Of a stretch of DNA of 64,000 bases, positions 21,021 through 30,570 are shown piece after piece. The translations under genes were made by a program, and so were the position numbers. The notes under the pieces were generated by a model that was given only the letters and a program-made list of their open reading frames with translations, was not told where the DNA came from and did no database searches. Within the stretch, counting starts at the first letter, position 1. The number at the start of each line of letters is the position of its first letter. Source of the DNA: an uncultured Planctomycetota bacterium (GTDB taxonomy: Bacteria > Planctomycetota > Planctomycetia > Isosphaerales > Isosphaeraceae); NCBI GenBank assembly GCA_963823665.1, contig CAWGMQ010000008.1:1152001-1216000 (forward strand). The letters are read 5' to 3'.

Positions 21021-21170
21021 CTTGAACGATTCGGCGGACTAACGAATCTGTTTGAGTTCGAGCTCAGGAAAGGCCCTACGATCACCGACGCCGGCGCCGC
21101 AGATTTGCGATTTCTGCCACGGCGCCGGTCACTATGGCTGCACAGTACCGCCGTTGGCGACTCGGGGGAT
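21021..21170 (+). pseudogene. Leucine-rich repeat shard
   Basis: LTNLFEFELRKGPTITDAGAADLRFLPRRRSLWLHSTAVGDSG resembles ITDAGL..L..L..L..L.L..T.V.D.G; no start codon. Confidence 0.5.
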
Positions 21171-21214
21171 TTTGCCGCTTCCGGTGGGGACCGCAGCCTT
21201 TGGAGATCTAATGC

Positions 21215-22099
21215 GTGGAGTTTAACCGCTTCGACGTTTCGGCCAAGGAATTGATCTGGGACGACCCTGCCGCGTGGCTGGATCGGCTGGGGATCGGACC
21301 GCCAGGACCGGTCGCGGTCGTCGACTCGGATATCACTACCCTGACAGCCGCTGCCGACAAGGTGATACACGTCGGTGGAGCGCAGCCGTACCTGGTCAAT
21401 TTCGAGGTCCAATCGAGTCATCAAACGGACTTGGTTGAGACCACCTGGTTTCGCCACGCGGCGCTCTTCCACCGCCACCGATTGCCGGTGCTGACCGTCA
21501 TGTTCCTGTTACGGCGCGACGCAAATTCGCCGAGCCTCACGGGACGCTTCGAAATTCGTCTACCAGACGGCTGGATTACCAATCAGTATAATTACCGCGT
21601 GGTCCGAATCTGGCAGGAAGACTCGGAGTCCTACTTGGCCGCCGGGGTGAACTTGGTGCCGCTCGTCCCGCTGACCGACGTCCCGGAAAACGGTCTTCCG
21701 GGCGTGGTGCGGCGGATGGCCGATCGGATCAATGCTGAGCCTGAGCCGCGCGCAGCGATGCTCTGGACCGCGACGTATCTGCTCATGGGATTACGCTTCT
21801 CGAACGATTTTGCGTCTCAGTTGCTGGAAGGAGTGCAAAATATGCAGGAATCGACCACCTACCAAGCCATCCTGAAAGAAGGCCGCAAAGAGGGCCGTGA
21901 CGAAGGCCTCATCGAGGGCCGCGTGAGCGAAGCTCAGCGCCTGCTGCTGATGCTGGGTGAGGCTCGTTTTGGGGAACCGGACGGAGCAGCCAGGGGAACG
22001 ATCGAGGCGACACAGGATTTGGAACGGCTGGAGCGGTTGACCAGGCGGGTAATCGATGCGAGCGTGCAGGACTGGAACGGCCTGCTGGGCGCGTCTTGA
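21215..22099 (+). CDS. Rpn/YhgA-like PD-(D/E)XK nuclease, copy 2
   Basis: Close paralog of 15724-16584 with extra EG repeats (EGRKEGRDEGLIEGR). Confidence 0.75.
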   Translation: MEFNRFDVSAKELIWDDPAAWLDRLGIGPPGPVAVVDSDITTLTAAADKVIHVGGAQPYLVNFEVQSSHQTDLVETTWFRHAALFHRHRLPVLTVMFLLRRDANSPSLTGRFEIRLPDGWITNQYNYRVVRIWQEDSESYLAAGVNLVPLVPLTDVPENGLPGVVRRMADRINAEPEPRAAMLWTATYLLMGLRFSNDFASQLLEGVQNMQESTTYQAILKEGRKEGRDEGLIEGRVSEAQRLLLMLGEARFGEPDGAARGTIEATQDLERLERLTRRVIDASVQDWNGLLGAS

Positions 22100-22121
22100 T
22101 CTCGCTGGATTTCGGGCCGGA

Positions 22122-22207
22122 AAATGGTTACGGGAGGAGACTGGCGAACTTTTTTGGTAAATTCCGTTTTTTCGCAACAGGTTCGATGGGGAACCGGCCT
22201 TTCATCA
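22122..22207 (+). repeat. Copy of ECF sigma 3' end plus intergenic element
   Basis: KWLREETGELFW* then ACAGGTTCGATGGGGAACCGGCCTTTCAT. Confidence 0.85.
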
Positions 22208-22246
22208 TCTGAAACAATCAGTTGCCCGGTCCGCGGAGACCGCCCG

Positions 22247-25200
22247 ATGGACGCTCATCCAGCCTCGCATCCGACCGATCAGACGCTGAGCTCATACGGC
22301 TTGGGCAAGCTCGACAACGCCTCGGCTGTGGCGATTAACGAGCATCTGGAGCAGTGCGCGGATTGTCGGCAACGGGTCTCCGCGATTTCGGCTGATAGCT
22401 TCTTGGAACGGGTGAGGGACGGTCGGAAGCCTTCGGGGAATACGACGTTCGGCGAGTCGCTACCTGGCGGGGCGCGAGGCCACAAGGTCGAAATCGCCCC
22501 GGCTCCGCCGCCGGCGAGCACACTTCCGCCCGGGCTGGCCGACCACTCCGATTACGAGATCAGGCGGGAACTTGGCCGGGGCGGGATGGGTGTGGTCTAT
22601 CTGGCACACAACAAGCTGATGGGGCGTGACGAGGTGCTCAAGGTGATGGGGCGGCAGATCATGGAGCGGCCCGAGGTGCTGGACCGCTTCCGCCGCGAGA
22701 TTCGTGCCGTCGCCAAGCTCCGCCACCCGAACATCGTCACGGCGTACCACGCGTTTCGGCTGGATGAGAGTATCGTCTTCGCGATGGAATTTGTCGACGG
22801 TCTCGACCTGTCGCGGATGGTCAAGGCGAAAGGTGCGCTGCTGGTTGCTCATGCGTGCAACTTCGTCTATCAGGCGGCGCTGGGGCTCCAGCATGCCCAT
22901 GAGGAAGGACTTGTGCACCGGGACATCAAGCCGGGTAACCTGATGTACTCGAGCAAGGGCAGCAAGGCGACGATCAAGATCCTGGACTTCGGACTCGCGA
23001 AGGCGACCCGCGAGCAGAAGGTTGACAGCGCGTTGACCTCGGAAGGACAGGCCTTGGGCACGCCCGACTTCATCGCTCCTGAGCAGATTCTCGACGCCCA
23101 GAGTGCCGACATCCGGGCTGACATTTATAGTCTGGGCGGCACGCTGTTTTACCTTTTGACCGGCCGGCCGCCGTTCCAGGCGAATTCGCTCTACGACATG
23201 TACCAGGCCCACATCTCCAGGGACGCCGACCCGCTGAATCTCGTGCGGCCGGAGGTGCCGGCCGAGCTGGCGGCGCTTGTGGCTAAGATGATGGCGAAGG
23301 AGCCAGGTAAGCGGTTTCAGACACCGCGCAAAGTTGCGGAGGCGCTCACGCCTTCTTTTAAGAGGGAAAGCACGGCGTCGAAAGGCGGTAGGATGAAGGT
23401 GCTGGACGCCGTTCAGGCGGAGCCGGGTCAGCGGAGCGGCAGAGCGGGCCCCGCGCCGACTCAGTCGGGGCAAGATAGCGCACTCCTGCTGCCCCAGGCA
23501 ACGGATGCGGCCGACCCTCACGTCCCGACGCCGCCGTCGGAAGGCGTGATCGAGCTCCGGGATAGGGAGACTTCGACGTCATCTGTGCCGCGATTGATGT
23601 ATGCATCAAGCTTACGGGGTCGGCCTCGTTGGGTCTGGCTGGCGGTCGCGGCGACGCTGATCTCTGCCCTGTTCGGTGCCTGGTGGGCCGCCGACGCTCT
23701 GGGTGCGAAAAAACCGCACGGCATCATCGAGCTTCGCAACCTTCCGAAGGACGCCGAAGTCTCTGTCGACGGCGAGCCGATCCCAGTTCACCGGCCAGGC
23801 GGTGCGGGAATTGCGGAGATCCCAGCCAGGGTGGGCAAGCGGAAAGTTACATTCAAGAAGGGCGGTTTCGAGACCACTGGCGACGAAGTGGTCGTCAGCA
23901 AGGCCGGCGAGCGAATTCGACTCGACGTTCGGCTTATCCCCGTCAGGTCTACTTCGCGCACGGCCCAACAGCAGCCGGTTGAAGCTCCGACGATCACGAA
24001 GTCGGGACCTGGCACGCGCGGAACGACACCGTTGCCGGTAGTAACGCTCGTGCTTGGTGACTGGACGGTTGTCGGAGACGAGCTCATACAGTCAGACGAT
24101 CGCAATCACGCCGAAATCGCATTCGGTAACAACGCGTGGTCAGAGTACGATTTGACGTTGGACGTCAACAAAGTCAAAGGCAGCGGCCACGGAATCGGAG
24201 TTCAGTTCTATCGGTTGAACTCCGCCACGTTCTGTTGGTTCGGCCTTGGTGTATTCCAAAACAAGGGCTGTGAGCTGTATTTCCAACTCAATGGAAGAAA
24301 CATGGGAAGGAAGGGGGACACTAACGAAGACAATTGGAGTTCCCAGGGAATCGACGTGAATCGGTGGTACTCAGTCAAAATTGAGGTCCGGAAGGAGGCG
24401 GTGAAGGCTTATCTGAATGACTGCTTGCTCTTTAAGGAGTCTCACTCAGCGTTCTCTCGCGGGCGCGTGGGCTTACGCACAATGAACGTCCAGGCCAAGT
24501 TTCGTCGAATCAAGGTGACCGATCCCGATGGCAGGTTACTCTTCGAAAGTTATCCGACCTTTGGGACCGCGCCGGGCTTCATTGGACTGTCCACGGACGC
24601 TCGTGAAACGGTCGAGCTCAGGGATGAGGATCCCGGGGATGATCTCAGCGATCTCAACGAACGGGCTTGGTCGCTGGCTACGGATGCGGATCGGTCGCAA
24701 CGTGACGGAGGCGAGGCCGTCGAGCTTGCGACCCGCGCGTGCCGTGGGAGCGCGTTCGAGCACGCGATGTACCTGGACACGCTCGCTGCCGCGTACGCCG
24801 AGGTTGGAAACTTCGAGGAAGCCGTGAGGTGGCAGAAACAAGCGATCGAACGGGAGGGCCAGGGCCGGTACAGCAAAGAATATCGAGAGAGGCTTGGGCT
24901 TTACACTCGGAAGATACCCTATCACCAGGGCGAGACTGTTCCAGCGGAAGACGAACCTGTCGCTGCTGCTGAGGCCCTCCAGACGAAGGTTGACGAAAAC
25001 GGCGCGAACGCGAATGGCGGTTCTGCCACAGCTCGCGACCAGTCCTTGCGAGGGGCTAAGGAGGAGGCAGGTAGGAATATGCCGAGGGGCGAACGGCGCG
25101 AAGAGGGCTTCGTGAGGCTGTTTAACGGCAAGAACCAGGATGGCTGGACGAATGCGCTGCCTGGCAACGGTTCTACCTGGGGGGTAACTGATGATGGCAT

Positions 25201-25711
25201 CTTGGAAGGACGCGGCGAACCCGGACCCGGTAACACGGCGATTTTGGTCTCTGACCGAAAGAGCCTCACGAACTTTGTGCTGCGGGTGAGAGTGCGTTTC
25301 CTCGGAGAAGGAGGTGGCCATATTGTGGTTCGCCAGAGTGGCGCTGAAGATCCGAAACGCGGTTACCACGTTCAAGCTTTCGGATCGGGCAATTATCCCA
25401 TTTGCCGAATCGGTCGGTACATCGACGGCCCATCGGCTGACATGGGCGCCAAACCGCAGCCGGTCGCCTTCCAGGATGATCAGTGGAAGACAATCGAGAT
25501 CATCGCGATTGAGAACGAGATCGCCGCGTCGGTGCTCGGAACGGGATGGCGTGACTCGAATGTCGACTTGGACGCAATGTACAGATCAGGAAGCATCGCC
25601 GTAACCTGTTGGGGGCATATCCAGATCAAGGAAATACTGCTCAGGGAGCTTCCGGACGGCTCAGTTTCAAAGACGCCATCCAGGCGAAAAACTGTGAAGA
25701 CGAGGAATTAG
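22247..25711 (+). CDS. Kinase K2: zf-HC2 + Ser/Thr kinase + TM + PEGA-like + DUF1080-like + TPR + DUF1080-like
   Basis: HLEQCADC; full kinase motifs; YLDTLAAAYAEVGNFEEAVRWQ TPR; GFVRLFNGKNQDGW. Confidence 0.92.
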   Translation: MDAHPASHPTDQTLSSYGLGKLDNASAVAINEHLEQCADCRQRVSAISADSFLERVRDGRKPSGNTTFGESLPGGARGHKVEIAPAPPPASTLPPGLADHSDYEIRRELGRGGMGVVYLAHNKLMGRDEVLKVMGRQIMERPEVLDRFRREIRAVAKLRHPNIVTAYHAFRLDESIVFAMEFVDGLDLSRMVKAKGALLVAHACNFVYQAALGLQHAHEEGLVHRDIKPGNLMYSSKGSKATIKILDFGLAKATREQKVDSALTSEGQALGTPDFIAPEQILDAQSADIRADIYSLGGTLFYLLTGRPPFQANSLYDMYQAHISRDADPLNLVRPEVPAELAALVAKMMAKEPGKRFQTPRKVAEALTPSFKRESTASKGGRMKVLDAVQAEPGQRSGRAGPAPTQSGQDSALLLPQATDAADPHVPTPPSEGVIELRDRETSTSSVPRLMYASSLRGRPRWVWLAVAATLISALFGAWWAADALGAKKPHGIIELRNLPKDAEVSVDGEPIPVHRPGGAGIAEIPARVGKRKVTFKKGGFETTGDEVVVSKAGERIRLDVRLIPVRSTSRTAQQQPVEAPTITKSGPGTRGTTPLPVVTLVLGDWTVVGDELIQSDDRNHAEIAFGNNAWSEYDLTLDVNKVKGSGHGIGVQFYRLNSATFCWFGLGVFQNKGCELYFQLNGRNMGRKGDTNEDNWSSQGIDVNRWYSVKIEVRKEAVKAYLNDCLLFKESHSAFSRGRVGLRTMNVQAKFRRIKVTDPDGRLLFESYPTFGTAPGFIGLSTDARETVELRDEDPGDDLSDLNERAWSLATDADRSQRDGGEAVELATRACRGSAFEHAMYLDTLAAAYAEVGNFEEAVRWQKQAIEREGQGRYSKEYRERLGLYTRKIPYHQGETVPAEDEPVAAAEALQTKVDENGANANGGSATARDQSLRGAKEEAGRNMPRGERREEGFVRLFNGKNQDGWTNALPGNGSTWGVTDDGILEGRGEPGPGNTAILVSDRKSLTNFVLRVRVRFLGEGGGHIVVRQSGAEDPKRGYHVQAFGSGNYPICRIGRYIDGPSADMGAKPQPVAFQDDQWKTIEIIAIENEIAASVLGTGWRDSNVDLDAMYRSGSIAVTCWGHIQIKEILLRELPDGSVSKTPSRRKTVKTRN

Positions 25712-25785
25712 CGTGCTCCGAGAATTGCCGCGAATCCAAAGAACGCGGCTCCGATCGAACTCCCATCATGCGGGAAGCAGAGCCC

Positions 25786-26748
25786 ATGACTCAGCCACCG
25801 AGGTCGATTCATCCGAAGCCTGCTGTCGAAGGTTCCGCGGCTTCGAGCGAGCCAGATATGAACGTGACCGGAGGGCATCCGACAATGCAACAACCGGTGG
25901 ATCGTGCGGGCACCGTTCTGGAGACTGACGAGGACGTTAGGCAGGCGCTCTTGTCTATTCACAAGGGCGGACAAAGAGCCCGGCCGACCGCCCCTGAAGT
26001 GCAAGCAACAACCCCGGCGGCATTCAGCCAGAGCGTGGGGCGCGCGGCTGTCGCGTTCCGGCCGACTATCCGGCCACCCGTGGCTCTGCTGACTGTGTGC
26101 GACGACGGCAAGACCACCGGCGAGGTCATCCGCATCCGCGAGCATCGGTTCATCATCGGCCGAACCGACGGGGATCTTCGCATCCCGATCGACGGCCGGA
26201 TCTCGAGCCGGCACGTCGAGATCACTCACCAGGTCGTGGGCGGCATGCACCGTTGGGTCGTTACTGACCTGCAAAGCACTCACGGTTTGTTCGTCCGCGT
26301 CAGCAAGACGGCGCTGGTTGACCAGGCCGAGTTCCTGGTCGGCGGAGGGCGGTATCGGTTTGATGCCATGCAGATTGATCCCGCTGCAACCACCGGGTTT
26401 GGTCCGGCCGGTTCTGCATCCGACGAGACTGGTGGCTGGAGCGAAGGCGCGAGTCCCATTCGCCCGCCTGCCTTGACCGAGTTGCTCGGCTCGGAGATCG
26501 GCAATCGCGTGCTTCTGGTCAAACCTGAATACTGGATTGGCTCTGATTCCGGGTGCACGATTTGCCGGCCGGATGACCCGTTCTGCGAACCGCAGCACGT
26601 CAAAGTCTACCGGAAGTCAAAGGGCGCATGGCACGCGGAGCACAACAAAACCACTAACGGTCTTTGGCTGCGAATGGCCCAAGTCACCGTCGAGGCGAGA
26701 GTCCAGTTTCAGATCGGGGAACAGCGGTTCGAGCTCAAGCTGAATTGA
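25786..26748 (+). CDS. FHA-domain protein (one canonical and one degenerate FHA)
   Basis: IIGR...ISSRH...DLQSTHG; second WIGS...PQH...TTNG; start uncertain. Confidence 0.85.
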   Translation: MTQPPRSIHPKPAVEGSAASSEPDMNVTGGHPTMQQPVDRAGTVLETDEDVRQALLSIHKGGQRARPTAPEVQATTPAAFSQSVGRAAVAFRPTIRPPVALLTVCDDGKTTGEVIRIREHRFIIGRTDGDLRIPIDGRISSRHVEITHQVVGGMHRWVVTDLQSTHGLFVRVSKTALVDQAEFLVGGGRYRFDAMQIDPAATTGFGPAGSASDETGGWSEGASPIRPPALTELLGSEIGNRVLLVKPEYWIGSDSGCTICRPDDPFCEPQHVKVYRKSKGAWHAEHNKTTNGLWLRMAQVTVEARVQFQIGEQRFELKLN

Positions 26749-26793
26749 TGGCCCATTCTCGCGAGTCAGGACGTCTTTGAAGGAACTGTCGTT

Positions 26794-27780
26794 ATGGTAC
26801 GAGCATTCTTGCCAGCCGCGCTTGTCATCTCCGTCCTGGCGACCGGCGCGCGGGCGCAGTACACGTGGATCGGCCCTGGCTCGACGCCGCAGGGCGATTA
26901 CCTGAGAGGCGTCGGAATCGCGGCTTATGGCTTGGGTGTTTACAACGAACGAACGGCCGTCGCCGATCAGATCAACGCGAATACGCTGATTATGTTGAAC
27001 GAATATATGTGGAACGTCGCCAAGAACGAGAACCTCGAGAACGCCGCGCACCGGGCCGCTGTTCGGGCCAAGCACGCCGAAGACTACAAGAAGATCCAGG
27101 ATCGAATTCAAAACGACCCCGAATCGATAGACGTGCTGGACGGCAGTGCCCTGAATACCAAGCTGTGGGAGCTACTGGATCCGAAGGTTTCTGAATCCAC
27201 GTCGCGTCATGCGAACGTGCCGCTCGACGCAGACATCATCCGTCGCGTGCCGTTCAAACTCGCTGAGAAAGGCGAGACATTTTCCATGAGGCGGCTCTCG
27301 CTCAAGGGCAAGAAGAAATGGGCCGTGGCGTTTCAGGACCCTGGTTTCGCCAGCCTCTGCCGGGCGTACGAGCTGGCCGTTGACAATGCTCTGGAGTTGG
27401 CGATTGAAGGGAAGATGAAGGAGAGCGCCATCGCGGACGTCGAGAAGGCCGTCGAGAACCTTGAGGATAAGCTGCGGGCGACACCCCAACTGTTCGAATT
27501 GAGACGCCAGAGCGAGGCCAGCGAGGCCAGGGCACAGCTCGATCGTCTCCGCAAAACGGCGCGGCTCTTCATGTCGCTGCCGATCCAGCGGGTGTTCGGA
27601 GAAGTCGATAGCTACCATGGCACGACCGTCGATGATTTCAGGCTCTTCATGCGACGGCACAACTTGACGTTCGCTCGCGCGGATTCGCCTGACGAGAGAA
27701 TCCTCTATTTTCAACTCTACACCGCCCTACTCGAGCAACGTAACAAGGTTACGGGCTCGGAGAAGGCACCGATGAAATGA
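26794..27780 (+). CDS. Secreted helical hypothetical protein
   Basis: Signal peptide ending ARA-Q; GSTPQGDYLRG segment. Confidence 0.75.
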   Translation: MVRAFLPAALVISVLATGARAQYTWIGPGSTPQGDYLRGVGIAAYGLGVYNERTAVADQINANTLIMLNEYMWNVAKNENLENAAHRAAVRAKHAEDYKKIQDRIQNDPESIDVLDGSALNTKLWELLDPKVSESTSRHANVPLDADIIRRVPFKLAEKGETFSMRRLSLKGKKKWAVAFQDPGFASLCRAYELAVDNALELAIEGKMKESAIADVEKAVENLEDKLRATPQLFELRRQSEASEARAQLDRLRKTARLFMSLPIQRVFGEVDSYHGTTVDDFRLFMRRHNLTFARADSPDERILYFQLYTALLEQRNKVTGSEKAPMK

Positions 27781-27801
27781 CCCGGGGAGGGTTCTCTCGC
27801 C

Positions 27802-28956
27802 ATGGTCCGGTACAGCGTTATTGGATCTGTGTTTTGTATGTTCCTCGCCGGTTCCGTGTGGCTCGTTCAAGACAAAGGGCGAACATACCGTGAATCCCTG
27901 GACAGGGCGAGGCGCTCGCCGACCGCGGCAGAGGCTGCACCGCCTGCTCAGAATTCGGAAGTCGAGGTCGCCGAGGCTGTGAATGCGGCCAAGGGGCCCG
28001 CGCAGCCTCTGCCGGAAGGTCCGCCGGCGAAGAACATTGTCGTCACGAAGGCACCCTCGGCCGCTGAGCGAGAGGAGCGAAAAACCACTCCCTCGGAGAA
28101 GCCCGCGGCTACCGCGTCTCCGTCACCGGCAATCCCGCCTGGGCGTGCGGTCAAGACGTCGACGCCCGCACCCTCTGACGGCAAAGCTCTCGCCGCCGGC
28201 ATCTCGCGATGGAAGAGCGATCCGCTGTGGGGCCAGCCCTACTTGACCAAGTCGTGGAAACTGGATGATTTCACAACTCAGGACGAGAAGCAGCTTGGCG
28301 AACAGTTCAACAGTTTGATCTTGCAGTTGAATCCACTAGACGCAGGATCGGGGTTGAGACGCGTCAAGGAGGCGGCAGCTTCGCTCGAGCCATTCTTGCG
28401 GAAGGATATCAAGTATCAGTTCTTCGTCCTGAATTCCGATGTGGTCAATGCCTTTTCCCATCCGGGCGGATACATCTACGTGACCCGGAAACTTCTGGAC
28501 ATGATCCCCGATGAGGAAGAGCGCGTGCTCGAGTTTGTGGTTGGCCACGAGATTGCTCATGTCGAGCTTCGACATGCTCTGGCGTGTCTCCGAGATCGGG
28601 ACGTCCGGAGCTTCAGTGAAGGTACGTTGCAGAAGCTTTACTTCTTGATCATCCCGTATGGCTACCCGGATGACCTCGAATATGCTGCTGATGCGTGGAT
28701 CTATCAGCGGATGAAACATCTCGATCGGTCTGAGCACGACTGCCTGAAGTTTCTGCGTACACTCGACCAATACGCGAGAGCGAAGGGTTTTGAGAACGGG
28801 CGCGGGAAGCCGCAGGACCTGATGAAGGAGGAGCGCGGCGAGCTGGAGGGCATTCGCGGGATTTCACCCATCGACGATCACGTGCGCTCGCATCCGGCTG
28901 CTTATGACCGCCTGAGCCATTTGAAGGCGCTCAGGGGGCAGGCTTTGGGGAAATGA
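27802..28956 (+). CDS. M48-family zinc metallopeptidase, membrane anchored
   Basis: VNAFSHPGGYIYV, HEIAH, EYAAD, SHP; N-terminal hydrophobic segment and Pro/Ala linker. Confidence 0.9.
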   Translation: MVRYSVIGSVFCMFLAGSVWLVQDKGRTYRESLDRARRSPTAAEAAPPAQNSEVEVAEAVNAAKGPAQPLPEGPPAKNIVVTKAPSAAEREERKTTPSEKPAATASPSPAIPPGRAVKTSTPAPSDGKALAAGISRWKSDPLWGQPYLTKSWKLDDFTTQDEKQLGEQFNSLILQLNPLDAGSGLRRVKEAAASLEPFLRKDIKYQFFVLNSDVVNAFSHPGGYIYVTRKLLDMIPDEEERVLEFVVGHEIAHVELRHALACLRDRDVRSFSEGTLQKLYFLIIPYGYPDDLEYAADAWIYQRMKHLDRSEHDCLKFLRTLDQYARAKGFENGRGKPQDLMKEERGELEGIRGISPIDDHVRSHPAAYDRLSHLKALRGQALGK

Positions 28957-30316
28957 AAACGGCCAGCGAGGTGAGGCTGATCAGCATGGCTGCAAGAGCC
29001 AGCGCGTCAGCCTCTGGGCCCATCCGCTCGGTCTTGGCCGGGAAGAAGCGCTCGGCCATGTCGACCACCGGTGTTGATCGAGTACTGGCCGCCAGTGGTG
29101 GCTGCGAGGTGGCGTGTGTGTCAGTTTCCAGCAACAACAGGCCCTCGAAAGCCCAGCGCGAAGGAATGACGCAAGTCGCCATCCTGGCCGCCGCGTTCAA
29201 ACGCGGCAGCGGCCAGATACAGCCACCGCCGGCGATCATCAGCGAGACGGCGAGCGCCAGCGCCGCTGCTGCCCACTTCGGCCTGCGGACCATTCTCGAC
29301 GCGAACAGCCCGAGCGAGAGTCCCACTGCCGAAGCCAGGACCGACATACCGAACATCGCCAGCCAAGGTCCGCGCAGGTCGCATCCCCAGTGGACAATCG
29401 CCAGCAACACGGCGCACTGAGCGATGCACAGGGCGATCACGATCGAGAGCGTGGAGGTAAGGGAAGCGAGCGCACTTGAACTCGTCGCACCTTTGCGGGG
29501 AACAACCAATCGGCCGGACGCGACGCTCCATGCGGCAAGGGAAGCGCCCAACCAGATCGCTGCCAGACCCAGTGCAAAGGTCGTGCCCGCGATCCATTGA
29601 GCGACGGAGTCCAGACTCTTGGCGTTGGGCTCCATCGCGGGCGGGCGGCCAGCAATCGCAACGATCAAGACGGCGATCGTCGCCGACTGTGCGAGCAGGG
29701 CGGGCGCCCAGCGGTCGAGCAGGTTTGGTGGAACCTGGAATTTCGCAGTGACTGGCTCCGTCCGCGACTCGATTCTTGGGCTCGGTTGTGCGGGCGAAAA
29801 AACATGATCGGGCGCGACCTCCGCGGTCATTAGTTGAGCCGCCGTCACCGTGAGCGATCCGAAGGAGACGACGTCCCCTTCGGTCAAGGGAATCGGCTGC
29901 TTCGCCTTGTGATCGGGTGTGTTGACGAATGTTCCATTGGACGATCCCAGATCCTCGATCAGCGTTTGAGTACGGGAGATGATGATCCGAGCGTGGTGGC
30001 TGGAAACCCTCGGATCGTCGATGACAATGTCGTTGTCGGTGCTGCGGCCAATTCGGATGACCCTCGCGGCAGCCGGGGTTTCGGCGGCCGGCCAGGGCAT
30101 GCGGACGGTGGCGCCCAACGTTACGACATCCTGTGGCGTGACGCGAGTCTTCGACTTGATCCGTTCTCCATTGACATACGTGCCGTTCGACGCGCCCAAG
30201 TCTTCGACGACGTAGCCGCCAGCGATCTCGGAGAGGCGGCAGTGGCGGCTTGAGACTGTGGGCTGCGCGACGACGAGGTCGCAATCGGCGTCGGTCCCAA
30301 TGATCCAGGTCCGCAT
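28931..30316 (-). CDS. FHA-FHA-ABC-2-type membrane domain protein lacking an ATPase domain
   Basis: Two FHA domains (VSSRH...SNGTYVNG; IGR...VSSHH...SSNGTFVN) followed by TM region with IWLG and SRWAFEGLLLLE; no Walker A. Confidence 0.8.
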   Translation of the reverse strand: MRTWIIGTDADCDLVVAQPTVSSRHCRLSEIAGGYVVEDLGASNGTYVNGERIKSKTRVTPQDVVTLGATVRMPWPAAETPAAARVIRIGRSTDNDIVIDDPRVSSHHARIIISRTQTLIEDLGSSNGTFVNTPDHKAKQPIPLTEGDVVSFGSLTVTAAQLMTAEVAPDHVFSPAQPSPRIESRTEPVTAKFQVPPNLLDRWAPALLAQSATIAVLIVAIAGRPPAMEPNAKSLDSVAQWIAGTTFALGLAAIWLGASLAAWSVASGRLVVPRKGATSSSALASLTSTLSIVIALCIAQCAVLLAIVHWGCDLRGPWLAMFGMSVLASAVGLSLGLFASRMVRRPKWAAAALALAVSLMIAGGGCIWPLPRLNAAARMATCVIPSRWAFEGLLLLETDTHATSQPPLAASTRSTPVVDMAERFFPAKTERMGPEADALALAAMLISLTSLAVFISPKPAP

Positions 30317-30419
30317 GGCTCGTACCTTGAGCAAGCACTACAGGCACCGTCGTCAGCATTGTCATGGCGCCAGCGCCCCATTATCGTGATGGTTGTCGTT
30401 GGTGCAAACTGTTAGAGGC

Positions 30420-30529
30420 GCGATTCTGAGGAAATGTTGGGTTCTAAATCGGTTCAGCGAGGAAGGCGGGGCCTTTTTTTGTTAGATTCCTTTTTTCGCG
30501 ACAGGTTCGAAGCGGAACCGGCCTCTCAT
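30420..30529 (+). repeat. Copy of ECF sigma 3' end plus intergenic element
   Basis: AILRKCWVLNRFSEEGGAFFC* aligns to VILAKSRVLKRLREEAGDLLW*; then ACAGGTTCGAAGCGGAACCGGCCTCTCAT. Confidence 0.8.
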
Positions 30530-30570
30530 GTTCAGTTCCAATTATTCGACCGGTCCCCGGAGACCGCCCG

